Origin: Nanobdellota archaeon
Lineage (GTDB): Archaea; Nanobdellota; Nanobdellia; Nanobdellales; Nanobdellaceae
Direction: 5' to 3'
Length of the DNA stretch: 13,717 nt
Assembly (NCBI GenBank): GCA_020697515.1
Contig: JAIXNB010000036.1
Coordinates: 1-13,717, forward strand
Numbering within the stretch: the first letter of the stretch is position 1; each line of letters opens with the position of its first letter. A program made the position numbers and the translations under genes. Positions 5,920 to 13,434 of this stretch are shown here, one piece after another. The notes beneath the pieces are model-generated. The model saw nothing but the letters and a program-made list of their open reading frames with translations, was not told where the DNA came from and did not search any database.

Positions 5920-6128
5920 AATATAAATCTTGTATAGAAATTTTTTACAACCACGAAACATTCGTCAAAGCAATTTCATTTTTAAAGAAAAAGGAAAATA
6001 TAAAAATTATTAATAATAAAATTATAGTGACGCATAATGAAATATCAAAGTTGCGTGCAAACCTGAATCTGATATTAAGATGCATGTATATACATGATAA
6101 GTTGTTTTCATTTTTAGAAAATGACTAA
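5916..6128 (+). CDS. pcc1: Probable KEOPS subunit Pcc1-like protein
   Basis: The ORF is 70 aa. The size and the C-terminal segment IIVTHNEISKLRANLNLILRCMYIHDKL resemble the Pcc1 pattern (...A.D..ALRA..NS.LR.I.....). The position next to L37Ae, RpoP and prefoldin beta matches the conserved archaeal neighbourhood. Its ATG overlaps the rpoP stop (ATGA). Confidence 0.5.
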   Translation: MKYKSCIEIFYNHETFVKAISFLKKKENIKIINNKIIVTHNEISKLRANLNLILRCMYIHDKLFSFLEND

Positions 6129-6645
6129 AAAAGCATTGTGCCCAATGTGTGGGTCCTCTAACGTGGAACTCAAGGAAATGTACTATAAATTACCATATGT
6201 TGGTAAGGCATACTTATATTCAATATTCTGTAAAGACTGCGGCTATAAAAAAGGAGATGTGGTTCTTCTGGAATTAAAGGAACCCCGTAGATATACTGTG
6301 ACTATATCAAATCCAGAAGATTTGTACACTAAAATAGTACGTTCTCACACAGCTAAAATTATCCTACCAGAAGTAGGTATAGAAATAAATCCAGGAGCAG
6401 CTGCAGAGATGTTCATAAATACTATAGAAGGGTTTATTCGAAAGATTCTAGAAGTTGTTGAAATGGCTAAGAGGTTCAATGAAAGGGAGGGTAATAAGGA
6501 GGGAGTTAAGAATGCAGAGAGAGTTATAGACTATTTAAAAGGAGTCTTAGATGGTAAAAACAAGTTAACTATTGTCATAGAAGATAAATTTGGGAACTCC
6601 GCGATATTAAGTGATAAAGCTAAAGTAGAAAGGTTAGAAGATTAA
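6121..6645 (+). CDS. ZPR1-type zinc-finger protein
   Basis: The ORF is 174 aa. It has CPMCG...x25...CKDCGY, followed by P.RYTVTI..PEDLYTKIVRSHTAKIILPEVGIEINPG....MFINTIEGFI, which is the ZPR1 domain signature. Its start overlaps the previous gene by 8 nt. Confidence 0.8.
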   Translation: MTKKALCPMCGSSNVELKEMYYKLPYVGKAYLYSIFCKDCGYKKGDVVLLELKEPRRYTVTISNPEDLYTKIVRSHTAKIILPEVGIEINPGAAAEMFINTIEGFIRKILEVVEMAKRFNEREGNKEGVKNAERVIDYLKGVLDGKNKLTIVIEDKFGNSAILSDKAKVERLED

Positions 6646-7025
6646 AGTTCCTGCTCTTTTTGAATCTCTTCCATCCTTTTGCGATATATTCTAGCGAAAG
6701 AGGGAGTAGCGATAATCCACTCATTACCTACAGATACTATATCTCCATTTAGAGCTTCTACAGTTTTTTTTATCCGATTAACAACCTTCTTTAGCTCAAC
6801 TATATCTCTATCTCTTAATTTTCTAACATCTACAAAAACTATATAATTTCCCTCTCTTAGAGTATCAACTACAGCTTTAACATCTGAAAACTCCTTAAGA
6901 ACAAATACCCTAACATATACCTTTACCTCCTCTGCAGTTTGGGTGGGTACAACCTCAATATAACCCTCCTTCTCCTCTTCTTCTCCATTCTTACGTTTCT
7001 TGAATAATGATAAGAGAGAGATCAT
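6642..7025 (-). CDS. sepF: SepF-like cell-division protein (archaeal FtsZ anchor family)
   Basis: The ORF is 127 aa. The N-terminal MISLLSLFKKRK looks like a membrane-targeting segment. The core VRVFVLKEFSDVKAVVDTLREGNYIVFVDVRKL...ELKKVVNRIKKTVEALNGDIVSVGNEWIIATP is typical of the SepF/DUF552 fold. Its stop codon overlaps the zpr1 stop (shared TTAA at 6642-6645). Confidence 0.78.
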   Translation of the reverse strand: MISLLSLFKKRKNGEEEEKEGYIEVVPTQTAEEVKVYVRVFVLKEFSDVKAVVDTLREGNYIVFVDVRKLRDRDIVELKKVVNRIKKTVEALNGDIVSVGNEWIIATPSFARIYRKRMEEIQKEQEL

Positions 7026-7109
7026 TATAAAAATACATACAACGCAATATAAAACACTTTCTATTTATGTAAGTTAAAAAAATTTAAATAGATTTTTGTT
7101 TTTGATAAG

Positions 7110-7454
7110 CTACTTCGTTGTCTTTAGTAATTTCTCCAGCTCATCTTGCAATTTTTCAAGTTTTTCTTTAAGTTTCTGTTCTTGCTTCTCCAAAGACTGT
7201 AACCGTATCTCAAGTACTTCCTTTTTTTCTTTCAATTCATTTATTAAAGAGTCTTTATCTTTTTCTATCATCACGTTACCTACCATTTTATAGACCTTTT
7301 TATTTGGTTCTATTTTCTCCAACTCATTTATTGCATTCTCAATCTCATCATATTGCTGCTTTAACTTTTGTTTTTGCATTAGTATGGCATATAATGTCTG
7401 CCTTAGTGCCTCGAATTGTTCTAGTTTTTGGCTAACTTCTGGAGGAAGTTCCAT
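7110..7454 (-). CDS. pfdB: Prefoldin beta subunit
   Basis: The ORF is 114 aa with two coiled-coil arms flanking a central VYKMVGNVMIEKDKD hairpin region. QLEQFEALRQ...QYDEIENAINELEKIE.. is the typical beta-type layout. A TATA-like tctatataat lies about 25-34 nt upstream. Confidence 0.85.
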   Translation of the reverse strand: MELPPEVSQKLEQFEALRQTLYAILMQKQKLKQQYDEIENAINELEKIEPNKKVYKMVGNVMIEKDKDSLINELKEKKEVLEIRLQSLEKQEQKLKEKLEKLQDELEKLLKTTK

Positions 7455-7609
7455 TCAAAAATTAAGTGACCAAATCATTATATAGATTTTGTGGTTGTTC
7501 ACAACATAACATTTTTTGGTATGTTACTGAGATTATGATTACACTAGAACTCTTCAAATTACTAAAATAGTTTACCTAACTTAATGTATATAAAAAACCA
7601 GATATAAAA

Positions 7610-9313
7610 CTATTTATGCATATATATGAAATGCTCCTTTTCTCTCTTTAGAAACCCATATCTTATAAAATGGACAATTTCTCCATCTTTGATCTCGTTT
7701 ATATATTTCTCTCCAATTCCCTTTATTCTCCCGTCACTTTTCCATACCGTTATTTTTACAGCGTATTCTTCCGGAACCCATTGTACAATCTTTGCCCCAA
7801 TCTTTTTCGCAGTATCTAGAGAATTGTCAATGTATTTTGCAGTAATATTATCACCGACACTAATCAACTCTATATTGAACCCTTCCATTAATCTTATATA
7901 TTTATATTTCAAATCTCCTTTCTCTATGTAAACATATGGTTTACTGATCTTAAAATTCCTACATCCTAGATCTATATCAGGATGATTTTTTATTTTTAAT
8001 TCTAAATTATCCGGAAGGTTTTCGATAAACACTCTTATAGGATCTTCAACAAAGAACAATCTTTTAGATTGATTATCTATAATTTCTCTATTATACCTGT
8101 AAATCTTCTCCCAGTTTACAACTACATCTGCTGGGTTAGGCCCGACTTCTATTATATATTTTTTAATAGCCTTTGGGAGAATCCCTCTTCTCCTCAATCC
8201 ACACAAAGTAGGTAAAAACGGATCACACCACCCCTCCACTTTCCCAGCCTCTATTAATCTACGTATTTCAGATTTATGCAGTGGCATATCTCTTACTATG
8301 AAAGCTCCATAATTTATTATAACCGGTGATTCCCATTTAAAGTATTTATAGATATATCTTTGCTTTATAGTATTTACTTCATGTTCCTTCATTCTAAATA
8401 TATGTGTCAATCCCATTAGATGATCATCTATAGCTACAGCAAAATTATATGTTGGCCAAACCCAAAACTTTTTAGCATAATTTTCTCCATATTTATACTC
8501 GAGCCATGGATGTGGATTCTTCTCTGGATTAACTATCCTAAAAGCTATCCAATCTCTTACAGAAGGATTAGGGTGGAGATCTGTTTTTATCCTAAGTACC
8601 GCTTGTCCTTCATCATACCCTCCTTCTAGCATCTTATCCCATTGTTCCAAATGCCACTCTACAGGCATATTTCTGTGTTCACAGTATTCACCCCTTCTTC
8701 TTAACTCAGCTATCTTCCCATGATTGCATAGATCTACATAAGCCTTCTCCATCTCTATAAGTCTCCTAGCATAATCATAGTATATCTCCAACCTTTCAGA
8801 TTGTATATAGAACTCATCAACTTTATCTTCAATCAACCACTCCACATCCTCCTTTATGTTTTCATAAGCCTCTAAAACGGGTTTCTTAACTTTTGGATCA
8901 GTATCCTCTAGCCTTACTACAAATATTCCATTATACATTCTAGCATATTCATAGTTCAGAACTATTGCTCTGGCATGTCCCATATGTAAATAACCTGAAG
9001 GATTTGGAGCAAATCTAGTTTTTACTTTTCCTTTTTCAGCCTTTGGTAAAGGAGGTAACCCTTTTCTGGTCTCCTTCTTTCTTTCTTGTAACATATTGGG
9101 AAATTCTCTCTCCAGGATTTCTATAGCTTCCTCTTTAGACAATTTTTGAATATCTATTACTATTTTTTTAATTTCTGGAATAATTTCTCTAATATTTTTT
9201 TTAATTTCCGGCAGTTCTGCAACAACTTTTGATATAATAGACCCTAGATCAAGTTTATCATATTTCATTCTATTGTACAAAGCCCACTTTCTCGCAACAG
9301 ATTTATAGTCCAT
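7610..9313 (-). CDS. gltX: Glutamyl-tRNA synthetase, archaeal type
   Basis: The ORF is 567 aa. It has the class I HIGH motif in RFAPNPSGYLHMGHARA, followed by VVRLEDTDP and PTYNFAVAIDDHLMGLTHIFR.KEH, and its length is that of the archaeal/eukaryal GluRS type. Confidence 0.93.
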   Translation of the reverse strand: MDYKSVARKWALYNRMKYDKLDLGSIISKVVAELPEIKKNIREIIPEIKKIVIDIQKLSKEEAIEILEREFPNMLQERKKETRKGLPPLPKAEKGKVKTRFAPNPSGYLHMGHARAIVLNYEYARMYNGIFVVRLEDTDPKVKKPVLEAYENIKEDVEWLIEDKVDEFYIQSERLEIYYDYARRLIEMEKAYVDLCNHGKIAELRRRGEYCEHRNMPVEWHLEQWDKMLEGGYDEGQAVLRIKTDLHPNPSVRDWIAFRIVNPEKNPHPWLEYKYGENYAKKFWVWPTYNFAVAIDDHLMGLTHIFRMKEHEVNTIKQRYIYKYFKWESPVIINYGAFIVRDMPLHKSEIRRLIEAGKVEGWCDPFLPTLCGLRRRGILPKAIKKYIIEVGPNPADVVVNWEKIYRYNREIIDNQSKRLFFVEDPIRVFIENLPDNLELKIKNHPDIDLGCRNFKISKPYVYIEKGDLKYKYIRLMEGFNIELISVGDNITAKYIDNSLDTAKKIGAKIVQWVPEEYAVKITVWKSDGRIKGIGEKYINEIKDGEIVHFIRYGFLKREKEHFIYMHK

Positions 9314-9335
9314 TAAAAATTTGAATAGGATATTT

Positions 9336-9348
9336 CTAAATATTTTAG
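9336..9348. promoter_or_regulatory. Near-palindromic TATA-like element in the 48-bp divergent spacer between gltX and the plsY-like gene
   Basis: ctaaatattttag is centred about 29 nt from the gltX ATG (9313, minus strand) and about 23 nt from the ATG at 9365 (plus strand). It is the only strong A/T box in the spacer. Confidence 0.3.
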
Positions 9349-9361
9349 CATCACCGTAATT

Positions 9362-10008
9362 TTGATGGATTATATAGTAGCAGCTATTAAGATTATTTTA
9401 GCATATCTAATAGACGCTCTAAACTTTGTTTACATATTATCGAGGATGTCAAAATTCGATATTCTATCATTTAAAGATGTTCTTGACGAAAATCTTAGGA
9501 CTTATAATATTTATAGAGCAACAAAGAATTCGTATCTAGCTATATTGGTAGCAGTTCTAGATATATCTAAATCTATATTAGTAGCTAAGTTGTTTGGAAT
9601 ATATTATACAATAGCTACATTGCTAGAGCATAATTTTCTCTAATTACCTATGCATTTACTAGAAGAATATTTACTGGAATGGGTCTTAGCGTTCTATTTG
9701 GAGCAATGCTAGTATATGATCCAAGGACAGTTATAATATATTTTAAATTCTCAATATTAGGATTTAAAGTAGCCTCTTTTGGTTTGCTTATTGGTGTAAT
9801 GGTATTTTCAAAAATGGAGTGGTTAATAATGGCTTTATTAGTCATCATAGGTATATACAGGAACTATATAAAAGATCTTATGATGAGGACTGTAGCAATA
9901 TTTCTAATGGAATATCTAAACTTATTACTATTTACAACATTTATATTACTACTAGAAACATTGCTGGGAGACAACATATTTCATATATATGTATATTATG
10001 AAAAATAG
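9362..10008 (+). pseudogene. PlsY-family (acyl-phosphate:glycerol-3-phosphate acyltransferase-like, COG0344-type) membrane-protein gene, interrupted by a frameshift
   Basis: Two adjacent ORFs (9362-9643, 9679-10008) together align by eye with full-length PlsY. Matching segments include IILAYLIDALN, ..ENLRTYNIYRATK.., LDISKS, EHNF and IYRNYIKDL. The second frame is open from 9634, so a 1-nt change in the T4 run at 9634-9637 would fuse them (...LLEHNFSLITYAFTRRIFTGMGLSV...). The combined length of about 200 aa equals that of PlsY. Confidence 0.6.
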
Positions 10009-10034
10009 AAATAACTGATATAAATTCTCTAAAA

Positions 10035-10202
10035 ATGTATTTCATAATCGCAAATCTAACTAATATAGTGTACTTAGTATTTTTACCGTTACATTTGGCA
10101 GCATACGTTATTTTTGGACATATAGTTGCATCTATCTATTGGTGGAAATTCCCATTCAAAGAGAGTGAAGATACTATTACAAAAATTTGTATATTGTTTT
10201 AG
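10035..10202 (+). CDS. Possible small hydrophobic protein (55 aa, about 2 TM segments), unrecognised
   Basis: MYFIIANLTNIVYLVFLPLHLAAYVIFGHIVASIYWWKFPFKESEDTITKICILF is below the ORF-track cutoff. It fills an otherwise empty 229-nt gap. No family is recognised, and hydrophobic ORFs arise easily in AT-rich DNA. Confidence 0.25.
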   Translation: MYFIIANLTNIVYLVFLPLHLAAYVIFGHIVASIYWWKFPFKESEDTITKICILF

Positions 10203-10237
10203 CAGCCTATATAGTGGTATTATATTTCCTATAGCAT

Positions 10238-10444
10238 TTAAAATACCTTTATCGCCCACATACCCTGCTTTAACCCTTTTCTTTTAGTTATCTCTGATTT
10301 TTCTTCATTTATTATTATAATAAATCCGGCATACTCTTCCGTAAAGTCAGTAGATCCACAATATGGACACTTCTTTACATTTAAATCTAATATCGCTTTA
10401 CAATTCCTACAAACTTTCCTTGTGACTTTACCTCTTCTCGGCAT
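10238..10444 (-). CDS. spt4: Transcription elongation factor Spt4 (RpoE'')
   Basis: The ORF is 68 aa. It has a zinc ribbon, CRNC...x11...CPYCGS, followed by FTEEYAGFIIIINEEKSEITKRKGLKQGMWAIKV, the typical Spt4 pattern. It lies downstream of rpoE' as in most archaea. Confidence 0.88.
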   Translation of the reverse strand: MPRRGKVTRKVCRNCKAILDLNVKKCPYCGSTDFTEEYAGFIIIINEEKSEITKRKGLKQGMWAIKVF

Positions 10445-10445
10445 A

Positions 10446-10490
10446 TTATCTTACAATTATTCTCAAAGGTATTTCGCCTTTGTAAGATAA
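10446..10490. repeat. Perfect 11-bp inverted repeat with a 23-nt spacer, immediately upstream of the spt4 start codon
   Basis: ttatcttacaa (10446-10456) and ttgtaagataa (10480-10490) are exact reverse complements. The proximal arm begins 2 nt from the spt4 ATG (10444-10442, minus strand). Confidence 0.8.
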
Positions 10491-10561
10491 ACATTCCATT
10501 ATTAAGTACAATAGAGATATTATAGATCCGAATTTTGTGTTGTAAATGTATTTTACACCCA

Positions 10562-11107
10562 TTATTTCTTCTTTTTCTTTTCTTCTTTTAACCAATCTAA
10601 TTTACCTAATCCTACTTGCCTCATAGTCAACGCTACTTTTATATTAGTTATATCCTTGTAGCTTATGGAGATTACTCTAGCACGTACAATATCTTTGATT
10701 TTCAGAACTTTCCTAGTTTTCTTTCCCATTAACGCTTCTTTCCCTGAAACTATAACTTCGTCGTCCATAATCTGAGAAATATGTACTAACCCATCCACAG
10801 GACCAATAGTAACAAATGCTCCGAAATCTGTTATTGTGTTAACAACGCCATAAACTAGCTCATTCAACTCTGGTCTATATACATATGCCACAAATTTCAC
10901 TTTATAGTAAACACCACCGTCCTCGGGTATGATCATTCCCTCACTAACTTCCTTTATATCCTTTATTGAAACTACTTTTCCTAGTTCTTTTCTAATCATA
11001 CCGATGTAAGATAGTCTTAAAATGTTGTATACTGTCTCTTCTTTATTTCCTTTTAACATATCTGGTGGTACTCTCACCACATCTTCCATCTCAACTTCAT
11101 AAAACAT
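10562..11107 (-). CDS. rpoE: DNA-directed RNA polymerase subunit E' (Rpo7, Rpb7 homologue)
   Basis: The ORF is 181 aa. The N-terminal region MFYEVEMEDVVRVPP matches the family. An S1 domain follows (GVVNTITDFGAFVTIGPVDGLVHISQIMDD...V.GKKTRKVLKIKDIVRARVISIS). A TATA-like ttataaaag lies about 27 nt upstream. Confidence 0.9.
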   Translation of the reverse strand: MFYEVEMEDVVRVPPDMLKGNKEETVYNILRLSYIGMIRKELGKVVSIKDIKEVSEGMIIPEDGGVYYKVKFVAYVYRPELNELVYGVVNTITDFGAFVTIGPVDGLVHISQIMDDEVIVSGKEALMGKKTRKVLKIKDIVRARVISISYKDITNIKVALTMRQVGLGKLDWLKEEKKKKK

Positions 11108-11220
11108 TTGAGTTTAAGTAGTATGAAACTTTTATAACTTTCTACCTAATTGCTCATTTCCTAATATTGCAATTTGGAATAGGCATAAAAGAATTTTAAT
11201 AGTAGGTTGGGATATTAATA

Positions 11221-11736
11221 ATGAAGGCTGGAAAAAACCCACCTGAAGACATATATGTGTTTATAGAGATTCCAAAAGGAAGTAACATAAAATATGAATA
11301 TGACGAAGAAGAAAAAGTGATAAAGGTGGACAGGATCCTTTACACAGCAATGTTTTATCCATTTAACTATGGTTTTATCCCTGAAACTTTGGAAGAGGAT
11401 GGGGACCCTGTTGATGTATTAGTATTATCCTATGATACCTTCTATCCAGGGAGTGTAATTAGAGTAAGGCCTATTGGTGTATTAGTAACTGAAGATGAGA
11501 GTGGTATGGATAGAAAAGTAATTGCAGTCCCTCATGAAAAAATAGATCCAAGATTTAAAGATATCAAGGATATATCAGATGTTCCAGGAATTATATTAGA
11601 TCAGATAAAACATTTCTTTGAGCACTATAAGGAATTAGAACCTGGCAAATGGGTAAAAGTTAAGGGATGGGAGGGAAAAGAGAGAGCATTAGAGATTATA
11701 AAAGCTGCAATAGATAGATACAATAATGAACAATAG
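11221..11736 (+). CDS. ppa: Inorganic pyrophosphatase (family I)
   Basis: The ORF is 171 aa. It has [55 protein letters not shown] and HFFEHYK, which are the canonical family I PPase motifs. Confidence 0.93.
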   Translation: MKAGKNPPEDIYVFIEIPKGSNIKYEYDEEEKVIKVDRILYTAMFYPFNYGFIPETLEEDGDPVDVLVLSYDTFYPGSVIRVRPIGVLVTEDESGMDRKVIAVPHEKIDPRFKDIKDISDVPGIILDQIKHFFEHYKELEPGKWVKVKGWEGKERALEIIKAAIDRYNNEQ

Positions 11737-11815
11737 ATCTTTTACTATTTTTATATTTTAATTTAGAAGCGATAGAGAATATCTTTAATTTATTGTCTAA
11801 CAATTTCATAATTAA

Positions 11816-13108
11816 ATGGATAGCTGTTTAAAAGAAATTCTCAAAATGGTAGTTCCTTCTAAAGAAGAAGAAGAAAAAGCATGGAGAATAATCAATGAAT
11901 TTAAATCTAAGCTGGAGGATTATTTGCCGGAAGTTCTGGTTGGAGGATCTTTTGGGAAAGGAACATGGCTTAAAGGGGCATCTGATGTAGATCTGTTCAT
12001 TAGATTTTCAAAGGATGATGAAAAAATATCTAACAAAGTTGAAGGTGCTTTAAAAAAACTAGGAATTGATTATATTAGAATTGAGGGTTCACGGGATTAT
12101 TTTAAAGTACATTACAAAAATTTTGAGTTTGAATTAGTTCCAATAGTAAAAATATCTAAACCTGAGAAAGCTAAAAATATAACAGATTTATCCCCTTTCC
12201 ATGTAGATTACGTTAGGAGAAAAATAATAGAAAAACCGTATTTAGCGAATGAGATACGGCTAACTAAAGCTTTTATGAGAACCATAGGAGTATATGGCGC
12301 AGAATCATATATTAGTGGATTCTCTGGATACGCTTGCGAGGTTTTAACAATACACTATAATTCATTTTTAGACCTTTTAAAGAATTCTTCAAATTGGAAA
12401 CCTAAAATTATAATAGATCCCGAGAACTTTTATAAAAATAAGCAGGAAGTTGTCAATAAACTAAATATTCATCGGCTAAGATCCCCTATTATCGTAATTG
12501 ATCCAGTCTATCCGGCTAGAAATGTAACAGCTTCTGTCTCTACAAAATCGTTTGCACAGTTTATATTTTACACTAGAAGGTTTCTGGAAGATATTAATAA
12601 ATATAACATTGAAAAGTACTTCATTGTAGAACAAAAAACTGAGGAGTACTTTATTAGAAAATATAAGAGGCTAGGAACATGTCTAATTGTATTTGAGGTA
12701 ATAGGTAAAGGAAATAATTTAGATGTAAAGAATACGAAAATTTTAAAGTTTCTCAAGTTCATTAAAAAACAATTAACAGCTTTAGGATTTATTGTACTGG
12801 ACTATGACATAATATTTCAAAAAGACCTCAACTGTACTGGAAAGATTTATCTATATGTGTATCCAAATTGTTTACCTGAATATGAATTAAGAAGTGGTCC
12901 TCCAGTGTGGACAAGAGATCACTCCGAAAAATTCTATAGGAAGTGGGCAAATTTTGAAATAAAGGTCAACTCTGACGGAAGATTATTTGCAATAATTCCA
13001 AGAAAAGTAAAAACTCTACAGGAAGCTATAAATTTTATCTTTAATAATCTAAAAAATAGTATAGAAGACAAAGTAGAAAAAATCTCATATAGAATAATAA
13101 GTAGATAA
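11816..13108 (+). CDS. cca: CCA-adding enzyme (archaeal class I tRNA nucleotidyltransferase)
   Basis: The ORF is 430 aa. It has the nucleotidyltransferase motif VGGSFGKGTWLKGASDVDLFIRF, followed by SPFHVDYV, IRLTKAFMRTIGVYGAESYISGFSGYACEVL and PVIVIDPV.P.RNV-like IIVIDPVYPARNVTA. This is the archaeal Cca layout. Confidence 0.9.
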   Translation: MDSCLKEILKMVVPSKEEEEKAWRIINEFKSKLEDYLPEVLVGGSFGKGTWLKGASDVDLFIRFSKDDEKISNKVEGALKKLGIDYIRIEGSRDYFKVHYKNFEFELVPIVKISKPEKAKNITDLSPFHVDYVRRKIIEKPYLANEIRLTKAFMRTIGVYGAESYISGFSGYACEVLTIHYNSFLDLLKNSSNWKPKIIIDPENFYKNKQEVVNKLNIHRLRSPIIVIDPVYPARNVTASVSTKSFAQFIFYTRRFLEDINKYNIEKYFIVEQKTEEYFIRKYKRLGTCLIVFEVIGKGNNLDVKNTKILKFLKFIKKQLTALGFIVLDYDIIFQKDLNCTGKIYLYVYPNCLPEYELRSGPPVWTRDHSEKFYRKWANFEIKVNSDGRLFAIIPRKVKTLQEAINFIFNNLKNSIEDKVEKISYRIISR

Positions 13109-13197
13109 CTTGCTGGGAGTATCTCAATATATAGCAGCTACACACGGAAATAACAGTTTTGAAAACATTAAGTATATTTTGGTTTCCTAATTATAAA

Positions 13198-13434
13198 ATG
13201 GTGCAGGCATATGTTTTAATAAACACAAAACCTGGTAAGGAGAAAGAAGTTCTAGAGGGAATAAAAAAAATGGGAATAAAACTTTTGGATTCGTCTCTCC
13301 TTTATGGAGAGTATGATATAATAATTAAAATTGATGCTGAGAACATAGAGAAGCTTAGGTCGATAGTGTTAGATATAATAAGGAAATTAGATGGTGTTGA
13401 ACGTACAATTACTTTAATAGCAGCTATAACCTAA
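13198..13434 (+). CDS. Small stand-alone Lrp/AsnC ligand-binding (RAM) domain protein
   Basis: The protein is 78 aa when started at the ATG at 13198. MVQAYVLINTKPGKEKEVLEGIKKM.....SSLLYGEYDIIIKIDAENIEKLRSIVLDIIRKLDGVERTITLIAA is the typical RAM-domain pattern. The track's TTG start at 13159 adds a non-conserved hydrophobic extension. TATA-like agtatatttt lies about 20-25 nt upstream of 13198. Confidence 0.7.
   Translation: MVQAYVLINTKPGKEKEVLEGIKKMGIKLLDSSLLYGEYDIIIKIDAENIEKLRSIVLDIIRKLDGVERTITLIAAIT

Noticed and set aside
5773-5961. 62-aa minus-strand ORF
   Set aside because: It is antisense to the well-supported 46-aa rpoP and to the start of the pcc1-like gene. Its product is Y/F/S-rich nonsense.
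7096-7293. 65-aa plus-strand ORF
   Set aside because: It is antisense to prefoldin beta. Its S/F/C-rich product mirrors the K/E/L-rich coiled coil on the other strand.
7484-7504. Short dyad gttgt-tc-acaac in the prefoldin/gltX spacer
   Set aside because: The arms are only 5 bp with a 2-nt centre. That is within chance expectation for this composition, and the dyad has no obvious positional relationship to the promoter.
7626-8629. Plus-strand ORFs 7626-7931 and 8420-8629
   Set aside because: Both lie wholly inside, and antisense to, the confidently identified gltX gene.
9648-10001. ORFs 9648-9848 (minus strand) and 9819-10001 (plus strand, alternative frame)
   Set aside because: They overlap the second half of the plsY-like gene, whose frame carries the family-like TM segments and the IYRNYIKDL motif. 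They are shadow ORFs.
12568-12762. 64-aa minus-strand ORF
   Set aside because: It is antisense and lies inside the cca gene.
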